Positions 1 through 11,797 of a stretch of 64,000 nt of DNA are shown here, piece after piece. Each line of letters opens with the position of its first letter. Position 1 is the stretch's first letter. Under the pieces are notes generated by a model. The model saw nothing but the letters and a program-made list of their open reading frames with translations. It was not told where the DNA came from and searched no databases. This DNA comes from Eledone cirrhosa (lineage: Eukaryota): contig CAXHJY010000669.1 of assembly GCA_964016885.1 (NCBI GenBank), forward strand, positions 1,012-65,011, read 5' to 3'. The translations under genes and the position numbers were made by a program.

Positions 1-1587
1 CACCCCGAGAACAGCTCGACTCCTTTCTCTCCTTCTTCTGCTCCTTCCACCCCTCCCTCCACTTCACCACCTCTATCTCCACCACCCACGTCCACTTCTT
101 GGACATCTCCGTCGCCTTCGACCCCTCCCACCACTCCCTCGTCACCTCCGCCTTCTTCAAACCCACCGACTCCCACTCTTACCTCGACTTCACCTCTTCC
201 CACCCCACCCACACTAAACTCTCCATTCCCTACTCCCAACTTCTCAGGATCCGCCGCCTCTGTAGCCGAGATGCTGACTTCGAGTCCCAGGCCTTTCCCT
301 AGTCAGCCATTTCCTCCCCTCTTCTCCTCCTCCCCCCTCCTTATCATACGCACACACACGCACCCACTTACACCACCTACCCCACACGCAACTAACATCA
401 CTAACACCCTCCAACCCCACGCACACGTACCCACACACCCTCGTACACCACCAACTCTACACACCCTACCCCACTAACCCCTACTCACACCTGCATTCCA
501 CCCCTCCCCACCTCCCGTATACTAACACCACTAACACCTCTTCACCCAACTACACACACACCAGTACACCACACTCCCTCCATAGAACCACACACACCCT
601 TCTCTCCCCGCCTCCACACTCACTCATCCCACTAACACCCCTACTAATACACACACACACACACACACACACTCCTCACTCCAACTCTCACACCTACCCA
701 TCCTCGCCTCCCTACCATTCTGCCGACTGCTGCTATGCCTTCCGACCACTGTCTCAGAACCAACTGACCACAGCACTTCCACTGCTGACCACTTCCTGTT
801 GCGCGCGCACCCCACATCTCTCCTCTTCCGACCACCGCTTCTTGGATTACCCACACGCGTTTTGACTTCTAACCAAAATCTCCATACATCCGTGTAACTT
901 ACCACTTTTCAACCATCCGCTTACACCATCACCTATATAACTCACCCACACACACACACCCCAAAACAATTTTTTTATCCACACGCCACCCACACACACG
1001 TGCTTCACACCACATATTTACACCCTCAGCCCCCTGATTCCTCTCCCCCCACCCCCCTATCCACACACGCACAGACCCTCCGACCCACAAAACACCCCCC
1101 CACACACACCTTCCTGAACATGCAACCCCGTTCTTCCCCCAACCCTCACTTTCACATACACACACACACACGCACACACACCACCTTCAGCCCTCCCCGC
1201 TCGGACACCCCCGTCTCCCTCTCCCCACTCCACCCGCCACCACCTCTACTCACCCCACACCCTTCCACCACCTGTTTACCCCCTTTTAATTTCAGTTTAT
1301 TTGATCATGCCTTTATTTTAAATTTTCTCATTCCTTGTATTTTGATCATGCTTTATTTTTATTTATTATTTATTATATTTTTGTCTTTATTTGTTGATTT
1401 TTCATTCGCACCGTTTCCTTTCGCTATATGTCTCTCCACCACTCCCCTACACACCTTTTGAACTCTCACCTGAGGAAGGGCTTATGCCCGAAACGTCGTC
1501 CCCGACCTACCCCCCACTCTCCTGAGCGTGAATTTAATAAACATTTATCGTACTGCCTCTCTGTTCTGTCCCTGTTCAATTTTTCAT
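1..1587 (+). mobile_element. Degenerate Penelope-like retroelement, 3' part (RT C-terminus, GIY-YIG remnant, pLTR/3' end)
   Basis: ORF 99-302 reads (FL)DISV..SLVTSAFFKPTDSHSYLDFTSSHPTHTKLSIPYSQLLRIRRLCS, matching the PLE RT/thumb pattern FLD..KPT....YL.F.S.HP...K.SIPYSQ.LR.RR.CS. A weak GIY-YIG-like remnant (TADHF) lies at about 760-810. Hammerhead-like core at 1470, AATAAA at about 1536, then (TA)n. Interrupted by C/A-rich low-complexity sequence; runs off the window start. Confidence 0.85.
1464..1500 (+). ncRNA. Minimal type-I hammerhead ribozyme motif, stem I degenerate
   Basis: CTGAGGA (1470-1476), A, GGGC-TTAT-GCCC stem II, GAAA (1490-1493), then CGTC with palindromic ACGT stem III. Only about 2 bp of stem I can be drawn. 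This is the usual location for a hammerhead in a PLE pLTR. Confidence 0.55.
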
Positions 1588-2493
<906 letters not shown>

Positions 2494-3389
2494 ACACACA
2501 TAATTAGAATGTATGTTACAGAAAGGAATGTAGTGTTAGAATTAGAGATAAGTTTGGTTGAATTCAAATATGTGAAGGTGACTTAGTTGCAATTGTAAAT
2601 TGTATTAGAGAAAGTTACTATGCTTGTACATCCCTGTCTCCATACAATGTGAGTAATTCAATAAACACATGTTATAAACTCTAATATGATAATGAATGGA
2701 AAGATGCTTAATTGAATTACTATTGCTGTCTTATGTCTAGGGTGTATATCAATAGAAGTATATATCACCTCCAGCCAGAACTGCTGGCATGCTCTGAAAT
2801 AAACATGGTGACAGGATGATGAACAGAAGGAGAAATAAGAAGTTCATTGGATAGAGAGGGATGTAATACAAGGATAAGAGACTGTGAAAGATAGATGGGA
2901 AACAATGAGAGCAAAGAGGCAGGGATGGGGGTGAGGAGAAAAGAGGCATAAGAAAAAATAATAGCAGGATGAGAGAGTAGAGCAAGTGAAGCAGAGAGAA
3001 GAAAAGGGAAGAGGGAACAACTGTATTTGTATGTGCATGTTATGAGGTATTAATACATTTATAAACATATTCCTGAGCAAGTAATATAAAATGTTTTCTT
3101 TTTCTCTTGCTACAATATAATTAAAACTTCCCACCCACCCCACCCCACACTGCGCCACCCACTCCCTGCCTAGTAATCAATGATATGACCTTGATCTAAA
3201 TTTGCTATTTGTCAGCCAGTGTAATCTTCTTGGTGGTGTAGAAATTTATAAGCTATGGTGGCTATAAGCTATGGTTGCTAGCTTAAAGCAAAGGAAATGC
3301 TTAGATTGAATGATGGTTTGGGAATGTTATAGGATGATTTAGCTGTGTTATTAAATGGCTTGATGAAAACTATAAGATAACTAGGCAAA

Positions 3390-4180
3390 GATTATCAGAT
3401 GGATAGACAAACATTATGAGATGGATGGACAGACATTATGAGATGGATGGACAGACATTATGAGATGGATGGACAAACATTATGAGATGGATGGACAAAC
3501 ATTATGAGATGGATGGACAAACATTATGAGATGGATGGACAAACATTATCAGATGGATTGGACAAACATTATCAGATGGATTGGACAAACATTATCAGAT
3601 GGATTGGACAAACATTATCAGATGGATTGGACAAACATTATCAGATGGATTGGACAAACATTATCAGATGGATTGGACAAACATTATCAGATGGATTGGA
3701 CAAACATTATCAGATGGATTAGACAAACATTATCAGATGGATTGGACAAACATTATCAGATGGATTGGACAAACATTATCAGATGGATGGACAAACATTA
3801 TCAGATGGATTGGACAAACATTATAAGATGGATCGACAAACATTATCAGATGGATCGACAAACATTATCAGATGGATTGGACAAACATTATCAGATGGAT
3901 TGGACAAACATTATCAGATGGATTGGACAAACATTATCAGATGGATGGACAAACATTATCAGATGGATTGGACAAACATTATAAGATGGATCGACAAACA
4001 TTATCAGATGGATTGGACAAACATTATCAGATGGATGGACAAACATTATCAGATGGATTGGACAAACATTATCAGATGGATTGGACAAACATTATCAGAT
4101 GGATTGGACAAACATTATCAGATGGATTGGACAAACATTATCAGATGGATTGGACAAACATTATCAGATGGATGAACAAA
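3390..4180. repeat. 22/23-bp minisatellite (GGACAAACATTATCAGATGGAT[T])
   Basis: Roughly 35 tandem units, with a 22-bp variant in the first copies and mostly 23 bp later. This explains the repetitive ORFs at 3504-4195. Confidence 0.98.
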
Positions 4181-4216
4181 ATAAAATGGGCTTAAATAAG
4201 TTATGTTATGGGAAGA

Positions 4217-4830
4217 AATAATGGTTTCTCATTTAGACAAGACCAACAATTTTTTTGTTTGGGGGAGGGGGGGGGGGGGTAAGTCAATTAAATCGTGTTA
4301 CTGGTGCTTTACTTTATCAAACCCGTAAGAATGAAAGCCAAAGCTAACCTAGGTGAGATTTGAACTCAGAACATAAAGGAACATAACTATATGTTGCAAA
4401 GCATGTTGTCTGACACTGTACCTATACTGCCAATCTATCAATACATACGGGAAGAAATAATTATTTCTACTTTTGGCACAAGGCCAGCAATTAACTAGTA
4501 CATTACTGGTACTTTATTTTATCGACCCCATAAGGATGAAAGGCAAAGTTAACCTCGGCGGGATTTGAACTCAGACCATAAAGGGCCGTAACTCTTTGCT
4601 GCAAAGCATGGCGTCCAACCCTCTACCGATACTGCCAATCCAAAGAAATAATTGTTTCTATTTTTTGGCACAAGGCCAGCAATTACCCAGTAACTGGTAC
4701 TTTATTTTATCGACCCCGTAAGGATGAAAGGCAAAGTTAACCTCAACGGGATTTGAACTCAGACCGTAAAGGAACGTAACTATGCTGGAAAGCATGGCGT
4801 CCGATCCTCTACCAATACTGCCAATTCACA
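4217..4830 (-). mobile_element. Three head-to-tail tRNA-derived SINE copies (about 4217-4437, 4457-4641, 4648-4830)
   Basis: Each reverse complement has an A-box-like TGGCAGTATCGG, a B-box GAGTTCAAATCC, the central block AACTTTGCCTTTCATCCTTACGGGGTCGATAAAATAAAGTACCAG and a 3' GGCCTTGTGCCAAAAGTAGAAAC(A/T)ATT. Confidence 0.9.
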
Positions 4831-5212
4831 AAGAAATAATGAAGTTGAGTCTCACAGATAAGATGACACAGGATCAAGATAATTAGCAATCTGCTGTCCT
4901 GCTGACCCATCAAACCACCATCAGCATAGGAAGAAATAGGTGTTAGACCTTCTGATATCAAACTACTTGAAACTGTTCCTCATTCCATTATATAAAGTTG
5001 TTCATTGTCAAGTGCTTATATTTATCTGAAAACCTTCCATCATAACATTCTCTCCCTCTCTCTTTCAGATCTAGCTGTTGAAACAGCCGGAGCTCAGCTG
5101 CTGGGGTCCTGACTCTTTTCCTATTACCCACTCTACTATTATAAGTATTGAGTACTCTGGTGGGTTATGGTCCTCCTGGTATCTTACCATACCCTCTTTG
5201 TTTTTGTGTATG

Positions 5213-5261
<49 letters not shown>

Positions 5262-5390
5262 TCAGTATACAAGGATACAACTCACTTCTAGCACTGAACA
5301 TCAAATCACTTCTTAAAAACGAGGATGACAGAGTATATATATAAAGACGAAAATGCGAAGTTGAAGATGTTAGGGTCCTTTATTAATTGA

Positions 5391-5441
5391 GCCGTTATAC
5401 ATATTTCCATGACGATAGATATCGTGATTTCTTCAGACAGC
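5391..5441 (-). ncRNA. Type-I hammerhead ribozyme motif (left arm of foldback 1)
   Basis: Reverse complement is identical to the 7025-7075 motif. Confidence 0.7.
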
Positions 5442-7024
5442 AAAAATTGATTAAAAGGTAACATTTCTGAGAGAATTTGGGGTGGAAGGGAGCGGACTAA
5501 AAAAATGTATGTTTTTCTTTGGATGTCTGCTCCCTTCTAACTTTCAGGACATCCCGACAAGTCTGTGCAGACGCAGAGGTGTGGGTGGCTGACCACTCAA
5601 CTACCAACCTTATTTGTTCTCTCTAGCTACCAGTCCCCCACCACCTCAGCTATACGGTCAGTGGGAGTTCAAACCAGCCAAATTTGTTTACTGCTAACTT
5701 TGGTGTCAAGCAGAATTTTAGAGCATTCGTACCCGCTACCCATTTATGGCGGGATAATATACAGACCATCAACGCCAAAGTGAGAAAGTTACTTATTGCC
5801 ATGGTTAATATAACTTATCATAGAAAACATTTAAGGTTTCACAACCTGAAAATCAAAAAAATTCTGAATTTCAGACATTAAAAATTAAAAGTTAGAAGTG
5901 TAGAAAACTGACAACAGTCAATATACTAAAAATAATATCTAACTGGCTAAAGGGTATATTCATATTAGGGATTGGGTTCATAACTGGATATTAATTTGTT
6001 ATGACTCCCCACTAGAAAAAAACTGGCCTCTTATCGAGAATAACAGGCAAAATTTAAAGTATCGAATGTAAGAATTAGATAATCATATAGTTGGTTTCCC
6101 GGTCAATCCGGTAGAGACAAATAATACATTGATAATGAAGATTTAAGGAAAAATATAAGAAAAGGTACAAATGAGTAAGGATAAATGGGAGAAAGAAATT
6201 ATAAAGAAAATAAGGGTAAAAAATATATATATAAAGGAAAAAGGAATTATAAAGAGAATGAAGGAAAAAATGTGATAAATGTCTGAGTGGGGACGAGTTA
6301 TAGAGAGTCAGTTATATTGACAGTGCTTCGGGTGTTTTGGTCAGTGCAGTTGCAGCCAAGTGAATTTTGCAGGCTGTCCATGGCTATATGAGGCAGGATG
6401 GGACTCGGAAGGAGATCTCCTTTCCAGGTTTTGGTTTGAGATAAGGGAGTTGCATGGGAAATAAGAGATAGTTGTTGCTTTTGGTTCTCTCATTAATCCG
6501 TTCGAAAGCTGTTCCATAGTAAATTTCCGTCAATCATTGATGTGATGTCCTACAGTTGGGGTATTTCTGGGTGTAGTTTGCCTTACTACAATGACCAAAC
6601 TTTTTAGATTTTTGGGTTGTTAAACCTTAAATATTTTCTATGATAAGTTATATTAACCATAACAATAAGTAACTTTCTCACTTTGGCGTTGATGGTCTGT
6701 ATATTATCCCACCATAAATGGGTAGTGGGTACACATCCACTGAAATTCTGCTGGACACCAAAGTTAGCAGTAAACAAATTTAGCTGGTTTGAACTCCCAC
6801 TGACCGTATAGTGTGGTCAGCTGAGGTGGTAGGGTACTGGTAGCTAGAGAGAACAAATAAGGTTGGTAGTTGAGTGGTCAGCCACCCACACCTCTGCATC
6901 TGCGAAGGGCTGTCGGGAGGTTCTGAAAGTTAGAAGGGAGTGGACATCCAAAAGAAAAACATCTTTTTACTCCGCTCCCTTCCACCCAAAATTCTCTCGG
7001 AAATGTTACCTTTTACTCAATTTT

Positions 7025-7075
7025 GCTGTCTGAAGAAATCACGATATCTATCGTCATGGAAATATGTATAACGGC
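7025..7075 (+). ncRNA. Type-I hammerhead ribozyme motif (right arm of foldback 1)
   Basis: Stem I GCTGT/ACGGC; core CTGAAGA (7030-7036); stem II ACGAT/ATCGT with an imperfect base; GAAA (7059-7062); near-palindromic stem III ATATGTAT; predicted cleavage after UA at 7070. Confidence 0.72.
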
Positions 7076-7152
7076 TCAATTAATAAAAGACACTAACATC
7101 TTCAACTTCGCATTTTCCTTTATTTATATATATATATATATATATATAAATA

Positions 7153-9672
7153 TGCTTGGAAAGCATGGCGGGATGGGGGAAGTAGAGAAGACTATCAAGT
7201 GGCCAGGAGGGAAGCTAGGAGACAAGTGTACTTCGCAAGAAGGGAAGCAGAGGAAAGAAAGTTCAAGCATGTTCTACAACGTGAGGACCAAAAACGTGAG
7301 GTGTTCAGGATTGCCAGGCAATGTGTCAAGGAAAACCGTGATATTGTCGGGGTGAAGTGTGTACTTAACGATGATGGCATACTTGCCATCACCGACGCTG
7401 ATAAGAAGGTAGCTTGGAAGTGTCACTACGAAAGGCTTCTAAATGAGGAGAACAAATGGGAGAAAGACAGTCTCCCCCACATCGACCCAATAGAGGGACC
7501 AGCAGTGTTAGTCCAGGGTAGTACAATAAGCAAGGCAATCAAAGATATGAAGATGGGTAAGGCGGCTGGTCCTTCGGAAATAGTTGCTGAGATGATGAAG
7601 GCATCTGGTTCGGTGGGACACACCATGGTCACCTGGATAGTTAACCAAGTCGTACAGAATGGGGTTGTTCCGAAGGACTGGCATAGCAGCATCATCGTTA
7701 ACTGCTATAAGGGCAAAGGAGATGCCCCTAGATAGGAGTAACTATAGAGGCATTAAATTAATCGACCAGGTCATGAAGGTCACGGAAAAAGTAATAGCGC
7801 AACTAATCAGAGAGCGAATTGATCTAGATGAAATGCAGTTCGGATTTGTGTCAGGCAAAAGTACCACAGACGCTCTTTTCATCGTACGACAACTACAGGA
7901 GAAGTACCTACCTAAAAGTAAACCCCTATACTTAGCTTTTGTCGACTTGGAGAAAGCCTTCGACAGAGTCCCCCGTTCCATTATCTGGTGGTCTCTTAGA
8001 AAACTAGGTGTTGACGAATGGCTTGTGAGAGCTATACAAGCCATGTATAAAGAAACAGTCAGTAAGGTTAGAATTAACAACGAATATAGTGAAGAGTTTA
8101 GCGTAAAAGTTGGTGTCCATCAGGGCTCTGTTCTTAGCCCCCTACTATTTATTATTGCCCTTCAGGCTATAACAGAGGAGTTCAAGACCGGCTGCCCATG
8201 GGAACTCCTATACGCAGATGATCTAACGCTCATAGCTGAATCAATGACCGAATTAGAGAAGAAATTCCAAACATGGAAGCACGGCCTAGAATCAAAAGGC
8301 TTTAAAATTAACCTGGCTAAGACTAAAGTTCTAGTTTGTAGGAAAGAAAATAAGGCGGCAGTCCCATCTGGGAAATGACCATGCTCAGTGTGTAGGAAAG
8401 GCGTAGGTAGAAACTTCATTTTATGTCCCAAATGCAAAGTATGGGTGCATAAAAGATGTAGTGGGATCACAGGTAAGCTAACTAAGAACATAGATTTTAC
8501 ATGTGGCCGGTGCTCTGGTGCAATAAGTAGCAGCAAGTGCCCACAAAATACTAGCTCCTTCAACTGCGCAGAGGGTTCTATAGAAATAGTGGACAGCTTC
8601 TGTTACCTGGGTGACAAAATCAGCAGTGGGGGAGGGTGCTCTGAAAGTACAGTAGCTAGAGTCAGAACTGGATGGAAAAAGTTCAGAGAGCTTATACCAC
8701 TATTAGCCGCTAGAGGGTTCTCCCTAAAAATGAAAGGCAGGTTATACGATGCCTGCATACGAACAGCAATGCTGCATGGCAGTGAGACCTGGGCATTGTG
8801 TGCAGAGGATATACGCAGACTAGAGAGGAACGAAGCTTGCATGCTCCGCTGGATGTGCAATAGTAATATACGTGAACGGCAAAGCATAAACGAACTAAGA
8901 AAAAAAAATTAGAAATAAGAGGGATCAGATGTTGTTTACTCGAGAGAAGGCTACGTTGGTACGGTCACGTGATGCGCATGAAAGACGACAGCTGTATAAC
9001 AAAGTGCAGGGCAATAAAGATAGACGGTAGCCACGGAGTAGGCAGACCCATAAAAACATGGGACGAGCTGATAAATTCCGACCTCACACGCTTACACCTC
9101 TCCAAGACAATGTCACTGGACCGAGACCTTTGGCGGTACTCAGTAATAGAGAAGACCCGCCTTACCTAAATACAAAGTAAAAACCTACTACAGTCAGTAG
9201 GCATCTCTATCACCCCCCCCCGTCCCGTCCCACCACCTCCACCCCATCCACACCGCCCTTTCAATGTAAAGTTATGTTGGTCCCACAACATCCAGGCCGA
9301 AACAAATGAGATCGTGTAGGTGTCACGACAAAAAAACACACAGTCCACGCTGTAAATGTGGCCGTGTAGGCAACACGGTAAAAACCTCCCAGCCCCACAC
9401 TGTAAATGTGGTTGGTGTTAGGAAGGGCATCCAGCTGTAGAAAACCCGCCAGACAGTCCACGCTGTAATGTGGCCGTGTAGGCAACACGGTAAAAACCTC
9501 CCAGCCCCACACTGTAAATGTGGTTGGTGTTAGGAAGGGCATCCAACTGTAGAAAACCCGCCAGACAGTCCTATGCGAGCAAGACAACCACTCTTGCCTC
9601 AAGTGGGAAAACCCCCGTCCAAACCCATGCAAGCGTGGAACACGGACGCTAAACCTGATGATGATGATGATG
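7153..9672 (+). mobile_element. 5'-truncated RTE-clade LINE, disabled
   Basis: ORF pieces 7199-7735, 7659-8378, 8388-8912 and 8969-9169 give RT motifs (GKAAGP, NYRGIKL, QFGF, FVDLEKAFDRVPR, GVHQGSVLSPLLF, LLYADD), a Cys/His finger, FCYLGD and LRWYGHV. Frameshift at about 7725, TGA at 8376-8378, A-run frameshift at about 8900. The 3' UTR ends in a (GAT)n tail. Confidence 0.95.
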
Positions 9673-10806
9673 ATATATATATATAGGCATACATACACAT
9701 ATATTATATAGGATATAAGATGTTCATTACTTCTACCACTTCTTAAACCTAAAATGTATTTTAGAATTAAGCTTTAAACACACTTTCATATATGGAAATA
9801 CATTTATTAAATAGTGAATATGAAAGTTTCTTTGCTATGTCTCAATTGTTATTATTTAAATGGTATACCAACCAATCTTATAAATCTATAAATATTTATA
9901 AACTAATGAACTCAAATCCTGTTCCCAATTTTAGTAATCTTGGTCAGATTCAAGATACATCTTTTTAATATGAAGAGCTTGCTAACACCCACCCCACTGC
10001 TCTTTAATTACTTCCAGCTTGTCTCTTTTCACATTCATATCTTCTCAGAACGGATAATAATTGAAAGTGTATGTATTTTCTTTTATTTCTTTTATCTATT
10101 TTCTTCTATTCATTTATATATTATTTGTGCACATTTGCATAAACCTTCTGAAATGACATTTTCAATTATGGAATAGCCTGGAGACAGCATGAGTAGTTGT
10201 GTTTCTCACCAAACTTGCATATAAAATAAACTAACTGCTCGATTATAACCAGCTGTGAATGGTTTATATATTGGTAAAGATCAATAGTTTGTATGCATAT
10301 TTCAAGCTAGAAATTTGGAAGTATGCAAAAATATTTATTAAGCATCATTAACATCATCATCATCATCATTTAACGTTCATTTTTCCAGGCTTGCATGAAT
10401 AGAAAAGGTCTTATCCAATTCAACATCTCAACACTTGTTGCTGTATTTTGTCATCTTGTGTACAATATTCAGCTTCTAGAGTTCAACTTTCAACACCCTT
10501 TCCCATGTTTTCCTCAGTTCCTTCTACTTGGATCACTTGGCATTTCTTTCAATACCATATTTTTAATAAAAGACATTGTTTATTATTTTCAAAATTATTT
10601 GAAAATAATCAAGAATTTATAGGGTTTTAATAAAATAGCTAATTTTCTCATTATTATATTTGTGTGTGGTACATAATTTAATATAGGTTCTTACATCGAA
10701 TTAGGATGTGTTTTTTTAGGTAAATATAAACGCTTTAAAATAAAATTTTATATCATAGAACCAGAGGCAGTTTAGATGTTTTGGTGTCATTATGTATGAG
10801 GCTTAA

Positions 10807-10910
10807 TCCCGCCGAGGTTAACTTTGCCTTTCATCCTTACGGGGTCGATAATATAAAGTACCAGTAATGCACTGGGTAATTGCTGGCCTTGTGCCAAAAG
10901 TAGAAACAAT
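10807..10910 (+). mobile_element. 5'-truncated SINE with 18-bp target-site duplication
   Basis: SINE body from TCCCGCCGAGG to AGAAACA, flanked by ATTATGTATGAGGCTTAA at 10789-10806 and 10909-10926. Confidence 0.9.
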
Positions 10911-11599
10911 TATGTATGAGGCTTAACAAAAATACCAACAATAACAACAGAGAAAATATATTTTAGCAAAAATCATGTGATTGAAACAGTATAGAGATAT
11001 TGACTATGACAACAGAAATATTACTAAAAGAATCCCAAACTACACATGTTGATCTAACGCATTGATTTTCTTGAACACTAACCATGTACAGCTAAGATAG
11101 AAATAAGAAAACAACATATATATATATATATATATAAAATAAGTAGAAGAAAAAGGAGGAAAGAAAGAAGAAAAAGAAAAAGGAGGAAAAGAAAAAAAGA
11201 AGAAAAAGAAAAAGAAGACGGAGAAAAAAGAAAGAAAAGAAGAAGAAAAAGAGGAAGAAGGAAAAGAAGAAGAAGAAGAAGAAGAAGACTAGAGAAATAA
11301 AAGAAAGAAATTAACTACACTGCTGTGTGCCTAATTCTTTTAGGGTTTATTTTTCTTTTTTGTATTCAACACCAATTGAATATCTCATTGATCGGGAAAT
11401 ATTGAGTGTTTGATGGAATTTATGTGCAGTTTGTGGCAGATTTTCACACAGGAAAAATGGAAAATAAAAAGAAAAGTAAAAACAACAATAAAAACTAACT
11501 GCATGTTGAAGTAATAAAAGAAACTGAAATTTAAAAAAAAATGGAGAAATTTAATTTAATTCAAGAATATAGACAGCAAAACGTGCGCGTGCGTGTGTG

Positions 11600-11770
11600 T
11601 GATCATTATCATCATTTTATGTCTATTTTCCATGCCTGCATGCATTAGATGGGCTGGGTTGCCATGTTCTGAGGCTAGACACACAGGTCAGAAGACAGTC
11701 TTGCTCATACATTCCATTTTGGCATGATTTCTATGGTTGGATGCTCTTCCTAATGCCAACCACTTCATGA
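11600..11770 (-). mobile_element. Old RTE-tail fragment or RTE-tailed SINE
   Basis: Reverse complement has GTGGTTGGCATTAGGAAGAGCATCCAACC...GCATGGAAAATAGACATAAAATGATGAT, as in the RTE 3' UTR. Related pieces at about 10350-10400 (-), 18420-18482 (+), 23200-23470 (+), 29610-29660 (+) and 32135-32520 (-). Confidence 0.75.
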
Positions 11771-11797
11771 CCTATACAAGATTGATATTTGTATATA

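Larger units (their letters stand above)
5341..7123. mobile_element. Foldback element with about 510-bp inverted arms (about 5341-5860 and 6600-7123), probably PLE-derived
   Basis: 5349 GAAAATGCGAAGTTGAAGATGTTAG... is the reverse complement of ...CTAACATCTTCAACTTCGCATTTTC 7117. Similarity continues inward to about 5860/6600 with scattered mismatches. Each arm ends in a hammerhead, an AATAAA signal and a (TA)n flank. Confidence 0.85.

Noticed and set aside
3504-4195. Repetitive ORFs (MDWTNIIRWIGQTLSDGLDKHYQ)n
   Set aside because: By-product of a stop-free 23-bp minisatellite open in all three frames; no coding evidence.
5050-5115. Strong plus-strand acceptor (CTCTCTTTCAG) followed by LAVETAGAQLLGS*
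   Set aside because: No partner exon or recognisable homology, so it cannot support a gene call.
10470-10525. Minus-strand CTGAGGA...GAAA motif
   Set aside because: No stem I pairing and no properly placed UH cleavage site.
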